IMG/VR virus record: IMGVR_UViG_3300041585_000108
Span: 1 to 64,000 of that record
Origin: a virus
Strand: one strand, 5' to 3'
DNA length: 64,000 nucleotides
A program made the translations under genes and the position numbers. Below the pieces are notes generated by a model. It saw nothing but the letters and a program-made list of their open reading frames with translations, was not told the DNA's origin and did no database searches. Of the stretch, positions 46,901-56,952 are shown in pieces. Within the stretch, counting starts at the first letter, position 1; the number at the start of each line of letters is the position of its first letter.

Positions 46901-47210
46901 TTTTTAAATCTCCAGAAACGTTATACTTAGGAATTGCTTGAGTTACACTTGGATTATTTATAAAGTAATTTATTCCAGCTACTGCTGGTCTTCTTGGATC
47001 TATTATATTAGTAAGAGGAAATAGTTTTTTAAAAGGATAATATACTTTTCCTGTTACAGGATCTGTTTTAGACGCAGTTTCTACTGGAGAAGTTATTTTT
47101 GCTCCATAAATTAGGTCATTCATATTATATTCAAGCCAGCATCCGCCAGACATGGAATAGGATGTGGATTGGTTTATTTTATCTAAAGTTGTTGGGCTTA
47201 CCGTTTGCAT
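43914..47210 (-). CDS. Large minor tail / tail-tip protein
   Basis: Size and position two genes after the tape measure. Confidence 0.75.
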   Translation of the reverse strand: MQTVSPTTLDKINQSTSYSMSGGCWLEYNMNDLIYGAKITSPVETASKTDPVTGKVYYPFKKLFPLTNIIDPRRPAVAGINYFINNPSVTQAIPKYNVSGDLKTRIYFSSSKLQYKFWLSPQALGTSLSNCNFTVEYPAAKTAVTNNIVVKFETSYSKPTAWTIEVENHAGVKTTISTNGVVPDDGVFNLYYNGSTWSTTKFLSPAIPFNIKKIIITVTSINTANSFLGVIEVSARYIQDVSDRIVAFQISKMSSDDSAGIVPVGIVTSNALTLNLEGFDRKGIEYDKTKAFDKSNINLYKNVKVMPFNIIGSDTIPQGVFYIDSFTISEFGDIDIQGLDGAKFLQEIIAPDIVIQNAPSQAIIRRLLDGVGFTSYNFNTYGKNNLSVVDSATIVPLYWFTDDTKTVWQHIQDLCRDTQMIATFDNYDKLQFYPRDYLFDKERPSSFKLRSEKKSSNLPNIISLTKETVPSVKAAKVIYTPIISTNYTGASDNLYVSPPSALGAAALQETLNASAPVDLVNDPAAKLGTISLSPITVYSGLTDTSFYNKSGYFLINKEIIEYDAIQFQYKPISAPNTIVNKWITSDSDIAKFLGESVIGSFKPTLKYRIKERNAFDATGKGIGVGDSHEVNLDSIKSLWSGSKVNIPTAKSVTKTNTLEQSIFSLQETDGSAKKISRSLLKIVVPPKSDYYYYATTTSEPFAAEQYFSIGTAMFFKLATDSNGRITGEQSVSAGLGIGLSANNLDGYILKMSTSQNVANKGLSSRDVQLVKIKNGIETPISDTQKTEDNSITGVSGGELYRIEVKVSQSVGKRIFKIKFNNSTITATDTSVGNESITMTNKVGLIGILGESAFDYIYTSVLSKDDFLKPSSYDNYGSYIGAATSLKNIFGDFLASGTSSSTAKAPWVQEFGPVAREIKKISTRYATRPGFVKYPQIILNPNVSLLGYNATSFGIDAYILNNTGTFVDLADGGEKSFIVVGETIAPLDPFEYIDPEFLSTKNEEQVAFESTWIQKESEAKALSDWMRTQWSKQQTVLSLDIFPNPLIETGDIVEISYPSNLVYSTEDVGQVSGKYIVLDIEQGYSQSPSTKIVCRSIYV

Positions 47211-47659
47211 TAAATTTCTTCCAATGAAATTGATACGTCCCAAAAAGCTTGTGCTGTATCCGCTATTTTTTCTTTAACATTTCTTTTAATTAAATTAAAT
47301 GAGCATGAGGTAAATGAAGCTACAAAATCTTCAGTCCTAGTAGAGTTATATGCAATTCTGGCATTAAATGACCCTTGGCCTTTAGCTCCTAAATAAAACG
47401 ACTTTATGTCTTCTGCCCCCCAGCCGCCGTCTACGGTCATTGTATAGTATGAAGGAAGCATGCTCCATGAGGTAGATAAAGTCTTCTTGTCGGCTATAAA
47501 CAGCTTTCTAAGGCTCCCATTGGCCATTCTAGAAGTCTGCTCAAACCTTTGGGTATCTATTGATATTGGGGATCTATTATGCTCAGTTAATTTTTGCCAG
47601 GTTCCAACGGCATCTTGTAAAAACAATGCGGAACCTACTGGTAAAACTAAAGCTGCCAT
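47210..47659 (-). CDS. Minor tail protein (distal-tail-like)
   Basis: Immediately after tape measure; RMANGSLR..K..WS.L. Confidence 0.65.
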   Translation of the reverse strand: MAALVLPVGSALFLQDAVGTWQKLTEHNRSPISIDTQRFEQTSRMANGSLRKLFIADKKTLSTSWSMLPSYYTMTVDGGWGAEDIKSFYLGAKGQGSFNARIAYNSTRTEDFVASFTSCSFNLIKRNVKEKIADTAQAFWDVSISLEEI

Positions 47660-50600
47660 TATATATTTTTCCCCTGTCCAACCATTTTAACATTAACCTT
47701 AGCTTTTTGTCCAATAACAACCTGTGCTTTTTGAATAATCATATTCGATAGTGCTTCAACATCCATCCCATCAGATGCATAAATATTTTGGTTTACAACA
47801 TATGACGCCCCTGATGTTGATTGGCCACTTACATTAAATGATGATTGAGGAATCTTATATCGTGGAGAGGCGGCTGCCAACTTATTCATTATGTCATTTG
47901 GCATTATATTTGCAGGAGATCCAAGGTGAACCATCTCTGGACCCTTTTCTCCAACCAAGAACATTCCTTTTCCGCCCATGACTCCTGTTGCTGCTTTGCC
48001 CATATAAACAACTTGCCCACCACCAGCGCCACCAACTTTATACTTTTGGCCATTTATTTCAAATGTGTCTCCCAAATTTAATTTTTCTCTTTTAACGATT
48101 GCATTTCTAGCTTCAGCATTAAGAACATCAACTTTTTTACCATCAAATGTTTTTGACTCCATGCTTTTAGAATAATCTCCAGTAACCTTTACATTCTTTT
48201 TTGCTTGTGGATCAATCCCTTTTACAGCGTTAACAACATCTGCCAAAGTCTTGCCACCCTTGATGCTATCAGCTAATGCCTGATTAACTCCAGAAGAAGC
48301 TCCAGATTTTGCAAGTATTCCTAGTGCGTTTTGTTCAGGAGATACTGCAACCTTTCTAGTCATAAGCTCTGAGCCCACATATCCTGTTTGAGTTGCATAT
48401 TTTGAAGACTTAACTCCAGTTGTTGTTTCTGTTGCTCCTACAAGCCCCGCAGCTTCTCTGCCGCCCTCAACTGTTGCAACATACTGCTCAATTGTTTTCC
48501 CTGCAGCAGCTGCATTACCATACAAAGCAGTCATAGCATCATTTACTTTATTTATTGCAGCTTCTTGTTTAGTGTATTTGTCTCTAATCTTATCTAAGCT
48601 TTCACCAGCTAGGGCTGCTGAATTTGCAAGCTTTTCTTGTTTATTTGCCATTGCTTCCAAAGCAGCTTGCAATGGTTTATTTGCAGCCTCAGTTGCTTTA
48701 TCAATTGCTCGTACTTGAGATTCTGTTTGTTGTTGTGAAGTCAGTGACTCTAAATCAATTCTTAAAGATTGTGCTTTTGCAGTGTCTCCAGTTGAAAAAG
48801 CGTTTTCCATTTCAAGTCTTGTTTTTTCAATTTGTCTTCCAAGATCTGCATCTGATTGTGCAGCAGTTAAGGCTTTCTTTCGTGCATCCGCTAACTTATT
48901 ATTAGCGTCAACCTGCTTATTAAGAGATTTAATTCTATCTTTGTCAGATATTTGTTCTGCTACAGACTGTCCCTTTAGCGCCCTGGTATACGACTTAATT
49001 TTTTCTTCTAGTAGCCCTAAGCTTGTATACTGTTCTTTTAATATGCCAATTTTATTTGTAGATTCAACGACTGATCTAATTTTACTAAATGCTTGAGAAA
49101 GCACAGCAGTTTGTGCTGCATTTAATTCAGATAAGTCTCCTTTATATCCCTGTGCTTGAAGTCTAATCTTTTGATACACACTAACAACAGTATCCAGTCC
49201 GTTAATCATTTTTTTAACTTCTGGATTTGTTTTAGCCATTTCATCAACTGTACCTTGAGTAATTATAGCTCCAGCTTCTTTAGACTTATTGATTTTATCA
49301 ATCATTATTTTTTCAGCTTCTGCATAAGTCAATGATTTTGTTTTCCCAGTTAAATCTTTGGCTACAAGTCTTTCTCTTTTTTCAATCAAGTCGTTGATTC
49401 CAGTTTCTGTAGCCATAAGAGCAGTATTTAATGAAGCCGCTTTTTCTTTATTGCCTTGGGTTTTAGTATCTGTTCCAAAGCTTTCTACAGATGAAACAGC
49501 AGAAGTTTGAGCATCTATTATTGATCTAAATTTTGAGTTACCCATTGTTGCTGTAATTGATTGATCTTTTTTGTTAGATAATTGAAGCATAGTAAATACT
49601 TTTTTAGTTGCTTCATCAGCAGACATTCCAGCAGCGATTAGCTGCTCTTTAATTCTACGAACAGCATCTGGAACTTTAGTAGAAGGCTGTCTATCTAATG
49701 CTTTAATTTGTTCAGCAAAAGTTTCTTTAACTTCAACTTTTAATTTTTTGTATTCTGCAATAGTCATTTGAAAAGGAGTTCCGCCATCCTTCATACTTTC
49801 ATAAACAAGTTTATTTGCAGCGGCCATGTCTTTTGAATCTTGAATGGTCTCTTTAATTTTTGAACCAAAATCTGTAAATCTAAGATTAGCTTTTTTAGCA
49901 GCTTCAGCAGTTAATCCAAAGGTTGATAGGTTTAGTTCTTGTCCTTCTTTATAATGCTTAAATGCTTTATACCCTCCATACAATGCTGCAGCAACGGCAG
50001 CCAATGGAAGTATCACTCCTGCTGCAGCGGCAGCGGTAGCACCAAATCCAGCTGTAACTGCTCCAGAACCAGCACTAAGCAGAGCTCTGCTAGCGATCAT
50101 TTTGCTAGCTGATTGAATTAATTGAGGGCCCGCCATCATTCCAACCATGCTTCCCATCATTGCGCCACTTGAGCCTCCAATCTTTCCTCCAATAGCCGTT
50201 CCTGCTGCCATTCCACCGATGGTGCCCAACATCATTCCGCCAGCTCCAGAACCACGGGAAATTGGATTTCCTTGATCGTCTAGAGGCCTAGGCTTATTTA
50301 AAACAGCTCTTCCGTATTGAATCGGATTTAGCATAGCTCTTGTTGTATACCCAAGGTTTGCTTTGAAGCCAAGTCTAGCTGCATTTGGAACTCTTGAGGC
50401 CTCAACTTTGTTACCACTTGCGTCAATGTACCCTGGATTGAAAGCAACTCCTGGTGGCCTAGATGCCATTGTTTGTGGACTGAAATATGATTTTCTAACT
50501 TGCTCCATCTTTGATAATGTTCTACGTGAAGAGTCAGCTAGCTTAGATCCTAATAAACTTATGCCTGCAGACAAATCAGATCCATACATTCTAGCACCTA

Positions 50601-53600
50601 CAATTAATTGATTTGCAGAATACTTTAAAGTAGTAGCACTAAATTTAATGTTTTTTCCTAATGTAATTGCATCTTTTTTAACACTAGTGCCTAATGCATA
50701 TAATGACATCTCTATCTGTTTTGCGGCTGATTTAAGTGCCGCTTGTGTTTTATTTAAAGATTCATGCCCTAATGTAAGCCCTGGCATGTAAGGCAAAGAT
50801 CCTTGAACCCCATAAGAATTTGTTCTAACTCCACGATTTCCTACAAATGTTGTTCTTGACCCAGATAGCGGACCATCTTTATATTCTGGTTGTGCAACTG
50901 GGGCTGGAACATATGCTGCCGCTTTAGCACGTTTTTCTGCCTCCTGCATTGCTCTTTGTGCTGGATTTCCACTGCGACCATAAGCATACTTTCCAGCTTT
51001 AATTATTCCGCCAAGCTCATAGTTTGGAGCTATAGTACCACTTTGCTGAGGACTAAATAGTTCTGGACCTTTTTCTCCAACTATATATTTTTGTCCTGCT
51101 AAGACTGGACCACCCATTTCTCTTTTACCAGCAATGCCAAATATTTCTTTCTGTAGTAATGCTGTTAATGGAGTATCTTTTTTAGAATCCCAATTTAAAT
51201 ATTTTTTTCTAAGAATGTCTTTATCTATTGGGGAAAGCTGTCTAATAAAATTACGATCTGAGATTAAATTTGATGCAGCAGATCTAACTACAGAATCCAT
51301 TACGTGTGGCTCTAATGCATTTTTAAGAGACCCGCTTGCATCCTTTAAATATCCATATGGCTTTTCTTTAGCTAATGCTGCCGCAAATTTATCATAGAAT
51401 AAATTTTGTGTATTTTTAGTTAGGCCAGATGTACCAAATAGTTTGTTTCCCATTCCAATTGTAAGAGAATTTACGCCCCATGGGGCTGACTCATACATGC
51501 TTGGCTTAGGCGCACCTGTTGGTCCAAAGCCTGCACCAATTCTGCGCATAGCCATAGATTTCATGACATTGCCAATTACGCCTCCAGCATTAAATTCATT
51601 AGCGTTTGATTTAAATGCATTATCGCTTAACGATCTTGCGTGTCCTCTTTGTCTTATTCTTAAATCAGTTTCTGTTTTTAATTTAAGTAGAGCAGCTGGA
51701 GTTAATTGCTTGGATGCAGAAGTTTTTACAGCAGAATGAATTCCGTGGAATTCCTCCCAATTTACTTTTCTTCCATCTTCAAGTCTTTTTGTCATGGCTT
51801 TATAAAAAATAGCTTCTTCTTTGTTTAAATCAAATGATTTAATTGTTGCTTTCAGTTTTGGAAGAACTCGATCAATTTCGGAAATCATTTTTTCGTGATA
51901 TTGTTTTGCCGTCATTCCTTTTGGTATTTCTAAAGTTGATTCGGCAAAGAATCTTTTTGCACCGCCCTTAACTCCAAGAAGGTTTATCCTTGCTTGATCA
52001 GACATTGATGGCATATTTGGTTCATATGGTCTAAGTCCAGATGCCATTTTAAATACACCAGCATTTCCCATATCGTTTAATGTTCCGCCAGATAAATTAT
52101 CTCTACTTAAATCTTTATCGCCTCTTAAATTGGCTGCAACTAATTGCTTAAAGTAGTCTTTTTCTGTAAATTTTCCAGACTGTTTTACAAATGCTTTATC
52201 GTATGGGGACTCCAATACCAATAGCTTTCTTTTGCCAGTCGGGTCTGTTGGGTCAATCATAGTCCTTATTGTTTGAACTGGTGTTTTAAGTCCATGGGCT
52301 TCTCTTGCAATAATAGTAGCTCTTTGTTCTGCTAGTGCCGCTCTTTCATCCATAACTGGTTTAACAAATACTACTGATCCATCTGGCTTTTCATAAACTC
52401 CGCCAATGCCTGAAACAGGAAAACTTCTTCCAGATGTAGGAGATCTTAAAGTTCCAAAATCTGTTGGCTTCATTTTGGCAAATCTTCCAGACATAAGAGA
52501 AGCATTGATGTCTTCCATGTTTTTTCTTGCTTTTCTTTGAGTTTCAACTGCTTTGATCCCTCTAGGCATTCCAAGGAACATTCTTCCATAGTTATATTTA
52601 CCAGGTTTTACTGCTCCTCCAATTTCTCCGCCAGAGTTCATGGCAAGTCTTCCGCGGACAAAGAAATTAGCGCGTGGAGTAGGTGCGACTGGCTTTGGTT
52701 TTATTGATCGGGTTTTAGAAGCTTCAAAGACCCTCATGTTTCCACCTAGAGCTTTTACCAAGGATTCTGGTATTGGGCCTTTTCCATTCCATTTGCCAGT
52801 AGAAATAAATTCTTCTATTTTTGGTAAATTTTTCATAAAATCATTTACATTTTTAAAGCCTAAATATTGTGAAACTCGTTTTGCTCTTAAGATTGCTTCA
52901 TCTTTTGTTAATGGCACATAATCATCAATTCCAAGTCTAGCTGTAAGGGATGCGGAAAAATTATTAAATGGGTCATGCATAGCTGATCCAGCATAACCCC
53001 GTGTTGCTATTGGCCCAATTGATCTTTCTATATGAGCTCTATCTGCATTTGGATAAAGAGTAGAACGTGGAAATTTTCTTTTTAATATATTTACTATAAT
53101 AAGTTTTGCTTCTCTGTTTTTTACATCAGATTGAGATATAGCTCTACGTCTTGCTGCCCATTCTTTATCATTCATCCCAGCGGGTCTTGTTTCAACAAGA
53201 TCTGGAAAATTTTCTTTCATTAATTTTTGTTGAGAGTCTGTATAAGAAAGCCCTACACCATCTCTTAAAAATGATTCATGACTAGCTAAAGAAGATTCTA
53301 CAAGAAGTGTGGCTTTTTTAACTGCAATGTCTGGCGTCATTCTAGGATCTTTTGAATTTCTTAATATTGCAGTTGCATCATTTAATATTAAGTTTGGCTT
53401 AACGTCCGCCTGATAAGATGAAGATGTTAAATAATCTAGATATTCTTTTGTGCGTGTTAGTGCAGACATGCCTACATATTGTGAGCTTGAGTTGCTAAAT
53501 ATTTCTGGTGGTTGTAGGCCGTATCTATTTTTATTAGACATAACCATTCCGCCAACAGCTTCTCCAGTACTAATTAAAGAGATTGGACGCTTTGTTTTAT

Positions 53601-56580
53601 TTGCTACATCATAAGATTGTTTATTTTGCTGATATATCTCTGGGCTAACAACTGTTTCTCCTGGAGTTAATATTGCATCAATCATTCCGCCTGAATTATA
53701 TCCTTGTCTTGCGGTTGATACTAATTTTGGATTATTTTTAGAAGCTTCTTGATTTAATACAAATCCACCAAGGGGGACTTTTGCCATAGTATTATCATAG
53801 TTAATGCTTGTATCTCCTGGTACCACCGCTCCATCTTTTCCTGGATGGTAAACGTATCCTCCGCTATTTAATCCTCTTGGCTTTGTTGTTTGAATGCTGT
53901 ATCCAGCGCCTGAAGTTCTAACCCCTAAACCTCTTGCTATTTGATCAACAAGTTTTGAAGTTTCTGTTTTGTGAAATAATTCCTTCATGTTTGATTTTCC
54001 AAGAGCGCTTACTACTGGCTGATTTGTAAGGGGAACCATTCCTAAATTTAATGTTCTTACTTGAGCCGTAGCAATACCCTGAGCTGTTTGAGCCATCATC
54101 GCTTCTACTCTTGCATTTAATGCAAATATTTTAGTTCTTGCTGCTTCAACAGTTAGCTTGCCAGCTTGAAGTTGATCTACTATCATTTCTGTTTCTTTGG
54201 CTGCTAAAGAAGTTATCTTTGTCATTTGTGGAAGAAGAGCTTGATAAGAATCAGTAATTGAAGCAGTCATTGTTCCAGTTGCAGCAATTTCTGTTTTAAG
54301 AAGAGCAATCTCTGCTTTTGACTGCATTGCAATAGCTGCAGTCATTGAGTGCCATTTGGCAGCTTCTGCTGAAACTACTCCAGTTGAAATTCCATTTATA
54401 GATGTTACTCCAGGAATCTTAGGCATATCTGTATTCATGTACACTTGTGGCGCATTTGAAATTCTTTGATTTACAGGCTTTGGTCCAGGAACGGTTGAGA
54501 ATATTGTTTCGTTAGCTCTTTGCTCTGCGGTTTTTGATCCAGTTGGAATCATATGGGACATGTCTCTTGAATATGGCTTGCCAGCCAACGGATTATTTTT
54601 ATCTACAATTCTTCCGCCAACACCCATTACTGGATTTCCTGCAACGGTGGACATACTATTTGAAGTTGCAATTGTAGATGACATTGCTGATTGTTTTAGC
54701 TTTTCAAATGAGGCTGCTAAGGTCATTACCGCATCAGAAAATGTTGCCGCAGCTTTTGTGTCGCTGTAGAATGATTCTTCTACTGTTTTAGCTGCTGCTG
54801 AAGCAGCCACTAACTCTGGAGTTAATAATTTAAATCCTGTTCCGCCCTTTCCAATATTCTTTAAAGCAAATATACCTTTGATTATGTAACCAAAAAAGTT
54901 TGCAAGCACACCCGTAAGCATGATTATAGGACCAGCGATTGCTACTAGCCCACCAATAAATCCAAGCACTGCTTTGATTGGGCCTGGAAGATTTCCAATA
55001 AACTTAAGGATTCCATCTATTGCATTTAATACAAATGCTCCAACCTTTAAGAACTGCTCTCCAACGGTTGCAAGCTCTGCTTTGACTGACTCTAGTGCTC
55101 TTCTATATTTACCAGATGCCGATTCAGTAAGGGTCTTTAATTCTCGTTCAGAAATACTCGCAAGGTCTTGTGTGCTTGCTTTCATTAAGTCTAATACTTG
55201 TAGCGTCTGGCTTCCTTGCTTGCCTAAGTTTTCAAACAAAGCATTAATTCTTGCAAACTGAAACTTACCAAAAAGTTGTTCAATTGCTCTTGCTCTTTGT
55301 AGTGGCTCTAAAGAATCCAATGAGTCTTTGAGCGCCATGATTGTGCCAGTTAAGTTTCCAGCATTTTTATCTACAATTCCTGATAGATCAATTCCAAGTC
55401 CGTTAAACATCTCTTTTGCCACTTTAGTTGGATTGATTATAGATGCAAGTGCTGACTTTAATGCGTTAGCTCCTTCAGACGCATTAATTCCGCCTTCTCT
55501 CATTGCGGTGAGGTATAAAGCTAAATCTTGAATATCTCCACCTAATGCTTTAACAACTGGTCCCGCTTTTGGAATTGCTGTTACTAAATCTTCAAGTGTG
55601 GTAGATGTCTGGTTTTCTACAGCGTTAAGAAAGTCAATTGATTCTGCAAGCTGTGATGTACTTTGGCCAAAAGCAGTTTGAATTGCTAAAGTAGCTTTCA
55701 TTGCATCTTGTCTATCAACTTCACCAAGTACGGCAAGTCTAGTTGTCTGTCTAGTAGAATCTAGTAACTCGGCTCCTTGCTTACCAGTTGCAGCAATATC
55801 TGCAGCCAATGATATTGTTTCTGTAAAGTTTGCGCCTAGGCTTGAAGCAAGTTCTCTAGATAAAGCAGATACATCTCTTCTAACCTGAAGAAGATCTTCT
55901 GTTGAGGTTGCTGTTAATCCACCATAAACTTTTGTAAGTCTTACAAGCGCTTCATCTGCTTGCTTGAATGCTTTTGCTGCAGCCATACCAAATGCTGCTA
56001 GGGGTACTGTAAGTCCTACTGTTAACTGACGACCCGCCCACTGAGTATTTTTACCCCAGTTAATTAATTGTCCTGCGCCATTATTCATCACTTTGTTCAT
56101 GATTGAAAGTTCTTGTCTTAATAAAGCTGTTTTATTTTTAGTAGCATCTAGTCCAGATTGAACCATTACGTTATACTGCATTAGACCTTGAGCATTTTTA
56201 CCAAGTGGTTGAACAAATGCGTTCTCAAGCATTACCTGCTGTTTAGCTAAATCTTTAACTAATGAGCTAGTCTTTTGTGTGTGGCCTTGCCATGTTTTAA
56301 AGTATTGGCCAAGCTTCATTTTTCCGCTATCTAAGTTCTGGCCAAACTTAGATACATCTGATGTTAGTGTTACAAAGTGTCTAGAAAACTGGCCAGTGGA
56401 GCGCATGGTATCGTCAAACTGACGATTCATGACTCCTACCTGGCTAGTTAAGTTTTTGTTTAAACCTATAGTAGTAGTCTGCAGTTTTAGCATTTGTGCC
56501 GTCACTGCTTGTAACTGCGCTGTTAGGCTAGAAAAATTAGCCGTCGCGGTTATGTTGGTGACTATATTTTGATCTGCCAA
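47659..56580 (-). CDS. Tape measure protein (2973 aa) with inserted cargo domains
   Basis: TP901-type N-terminal core, Ala/Gly-rich hydrophobic segments, position after chaperones, GEKGPE motifs. Confidence 0.92.
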   Translation of the reverse strand: MADQNIVTNITATANFSSLTAQLQAVTAQMLKLQTTTIGLNKNLTSQVGVMNRQFDDTMRSTGQFSRHFVTLTSDVSKFGQNLDSGKMKLGQYFKTWQGHTQKTSSLVKDLAKQQVMLENAFVQPLGKNAQGLMQYNVMVQSGLDATKNKTALLRQELSIMNKVMNNGAGQLINWGKNTQWAGRQLTVGLTVPLAAFGMAAAKAFKQADEALVRLTKVYGGLTATSTEDLLQVRRDVSALSRELASSLGANFTETISLAADIAATGKQGAELLDSTRQTTRLAVLGEVDRQDAMKATLAIQTAFGQSTSQLAESIDFLNAVENQTSTTLEDLVTAIPKAGPVVKALGGDIQDLALYLTAMREGGINASEGANALKSALASIINPTKVAKEMFNGLGIDLSGIVDKNAGNLTGTIMALKDSLDSLEPLQRARAIEQLFGKFQFARINALFENLGKQGSQTLQVLDLMKASTQDLASISERELKTLTESASGKYRRALESVKAELATVGEQFLKVGAFVLNAIDGILKFIGNLPGPIKAVLGFIGGLVAIAGPIIMLTGVLANFFGYIIKGIFALKNIGKGGTGFKLLTPELVAASAAAKTVEESFYSDTKAAATFSDAVMTLAASFEKLKQSAMSSTIATSNSMSTVAGNPVMGVGGRIVDKNNPLAGKPYSRDMSHMIPTGSKTAEQRANETIFSTVPGPKPVNQRISNAPQVYMNTDMPKIPGVTSINGISTGVVSAEAAKWHSMTAAIAMQSKAEIALLKTEIAATGTMTASITDSYQALLPQMTKITSLAAKETEMIVDQLQAGKLTVEAARTKIFALNARVEAMMAQTAQGIATAQVRTLNLGMVPLTNQPVVSALGKSNMKELFHKTETSKLVDQIARGLGVRTSGAGYSIQTTKPRGLNSGGYVYHPGKDGAVVPGDTSINYDNTMAKVPLGGFVLNQEASKNNPKLVSTARQGYNSGGMIDAILTPGETVVSPEIYQQNKQSYDVANKTKRPISLISTGEAVGGMVMSNKNRYGLQPPEIFSNSSSQYVGMSALTRTKEYLDYLTSSSYQADVKPNLILNDATAILRNSKDPRMTPDIAVKKATLLVESSLASHESFLRDGVGLSYTDSQQKLMKENFPDLVETRPAGMNDKEWAARRRAISQSDVKNREAKLIIVNILKRKFPRSTLYPNADRAHIERSIGPIATRGYAGSAMHDPFNNFSASLTARLGIDDYVPLTKDEAILRAKRVSQYLGFKNVNDFMKNLPKIEEFISTGKWNGKGPIPESLVKALGGNMRVFEASKTRSIKPKPVAPTPRANFFVRGRLAMNSGGEIGGAVKPGKYNYGRMFLGMPRGIKAVETQRKARKNMEDINASLMSGRFAKMKPTDFGTLRSPTSGRSFPVSGIGGVYEKPDGSVVFVKPVMDERAALAEQRATIIAREAHGLKTPVQTIRTMIDPTDPTGKRKLLVLESPYDKAFVKQSGKFTEKDYFKQLVAANLRGDKDLSRDNLSGGTLNDMGNAGVFKMASGLRPYEPNMPSMSDQARINLLGVKGGAKRFFAESTLEIPKGMTAKQYHEKMISEIDRVLPKLKATIKSFDLNKEEAIFYKAMTKRLEDGRKVNWEEFHGIHSAVKTSASKQLTPAALLKLKTETDLRIRQRGHARSLSDNAFKSNANEFNAGGVIGNVMKSMAMRRIGAGFGPTGAPKPSMYESAPWGVNSLTIGMGNKLFGTSGLTKNTQNLFYDKFAAALAKEKPYGYLKDASGSLKNALEPHVMDSVVRSAASNLISDRNFIRQLSPIDKDILRKKYLNWDSKKDTPLTALLQKEIFGIAGKREMGGPVLAGQKYIVGEKGPELFSPQQSGTIAPNYELGGIIKAGKYAYGRSGNPAQRAMQEAEKRAKAAAYVPAPVAQPEYKDGPLSGSRTTFVGNRGVRTNSYGVQGSLPYMPGLTLGHESLNKTQAALKSAAKQIEMSLYALGTSVKKDAITLGKNIKFSATTLKYSANQLIVGARMYGSDLSAGISLLGSKLADSSRRTLSKMEQVRKSYFSPQTMASRPPGVAFNPGYIDASGNKVEASRVPNAARLGFKANLGYTTRAMLNPIQYGRAVLNKPRPLDDQGNPISRGSGAGGMMLGTIGGMAAGTAIGGKIGGSSGAMMGSMVGMMAGPQLIQSASKMIASRALLSAGSGAVTAGFGATAAAAAGVILPLAAVAAALYGGYKAFKHYKEGQELNLSTFGLTAEAAKKANLRFTDFGSKIKETIQDSKDMAAANKLVYESMKDGGTPFQMTIAEYKKLKVEVKETFAEQIKALDRQPSTKVPDAVRRIKEQLIAAGMSADEATKKVFTMLQLSNKKDQSITATMGNSKFRSIIDAQTSAVSSVESFGTDTKTQGNKEKAASLNTALMATETGINDLIEKRERLVAKDLTGKTKSLTYAEAEKIMIDKINKSKEAGAIITQGTVDEMAKTNPEVKKMINGLDTVVSVYQKIRLQAQGYKGDLSELNAAQTAVLSQAFSKIRSVVESTNKIGILKEQYTSLGLLEEKIKSYTRALKGQSVAEQISDKDRIKSLNKQVDANNKLADARKKALTAAQSDADLGRQIEKTRLEMENAFSTGDTAKAQSLRIDLESLTSQQQTESQVRAIDKATEAANKPLQAALEAMANKQEKLANSAALAGESLDKIRDKYTKQEAAINKVNDAMTALYGNAAAAGKTIEQYVATVEGGREAAGLVGATETTTGVKSSKYATQTGYVGSELMTRKVAVSPEQNALGILAKSGASSGVNQALADSIKGGKTLADVVNAVKGIDPQAKKNVKVTGDYSKSMESKTFDGKKVDVLNAEARNAIVKREKLNLGDTFEINGQKYKVGGAGGGQVVYMGKAATGVMGGKGMFLVGEKGPEMVHLGSPANIMPNDIMNKLAAASPRYKIPQSSFNVSGQSTSGASYVVNQNIYASDGMDVEALSNMIIQKAQVVIGQKAKVNVKMVGQGKNI

Positions 56581-56583
56581 CTA

Positions 56584-56952
56584 CTACTCCCTTTTGTATC
56601 CGAGTCCCGCTCCGATACCAAAACCTGCTTCTGATGCAAACTGTCCTTGTAGCGAAACTACATCTGACGCATTTGCGGTAATTCCTAAAGCTTTTCTTCT
56701 TACATCTTCAAAGCTAGTGTTTTGTTCTTCTTGCTCGCCACCTTCAAGTTCTACTCCTTGTATGGCGGCCAGAAACTTTCTTTTTTCTGATTCAGACTTT
56801 TGCATTGATTTAAAAGTTTGAATCAATTCTGGCATTGAAAGACTATCTTCCAATTCCTCGTAATTCTTATAGTTTCCTATTAAGAATACTTCTCCTTCTA
56901 GCGCAGCTAGATCTAGTTCTGACCAGCTAGAACCGCTGCTGCTAACAAATTT
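56584..56952 (-). CDS. Tail assembly chaperone, -1 frameshift extension
   Basis: -1 frame open from ~56955 (WSELDLAALEGEVFL...); slippery A-AAT-TTG at 56946-56952. Confidence 0.75.
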   Translation of the reverse strand, partial: KFVSSSGSSWSELDLAALEGEVFLIGNYKNYEELEDSLSMPELIQTFKSMQKSESEKRKFLAAIQGVELEGGEQEEQNTSFEDVRRKALGITANASDVVSLQGQFASEAGFGIGAGLGYKRE

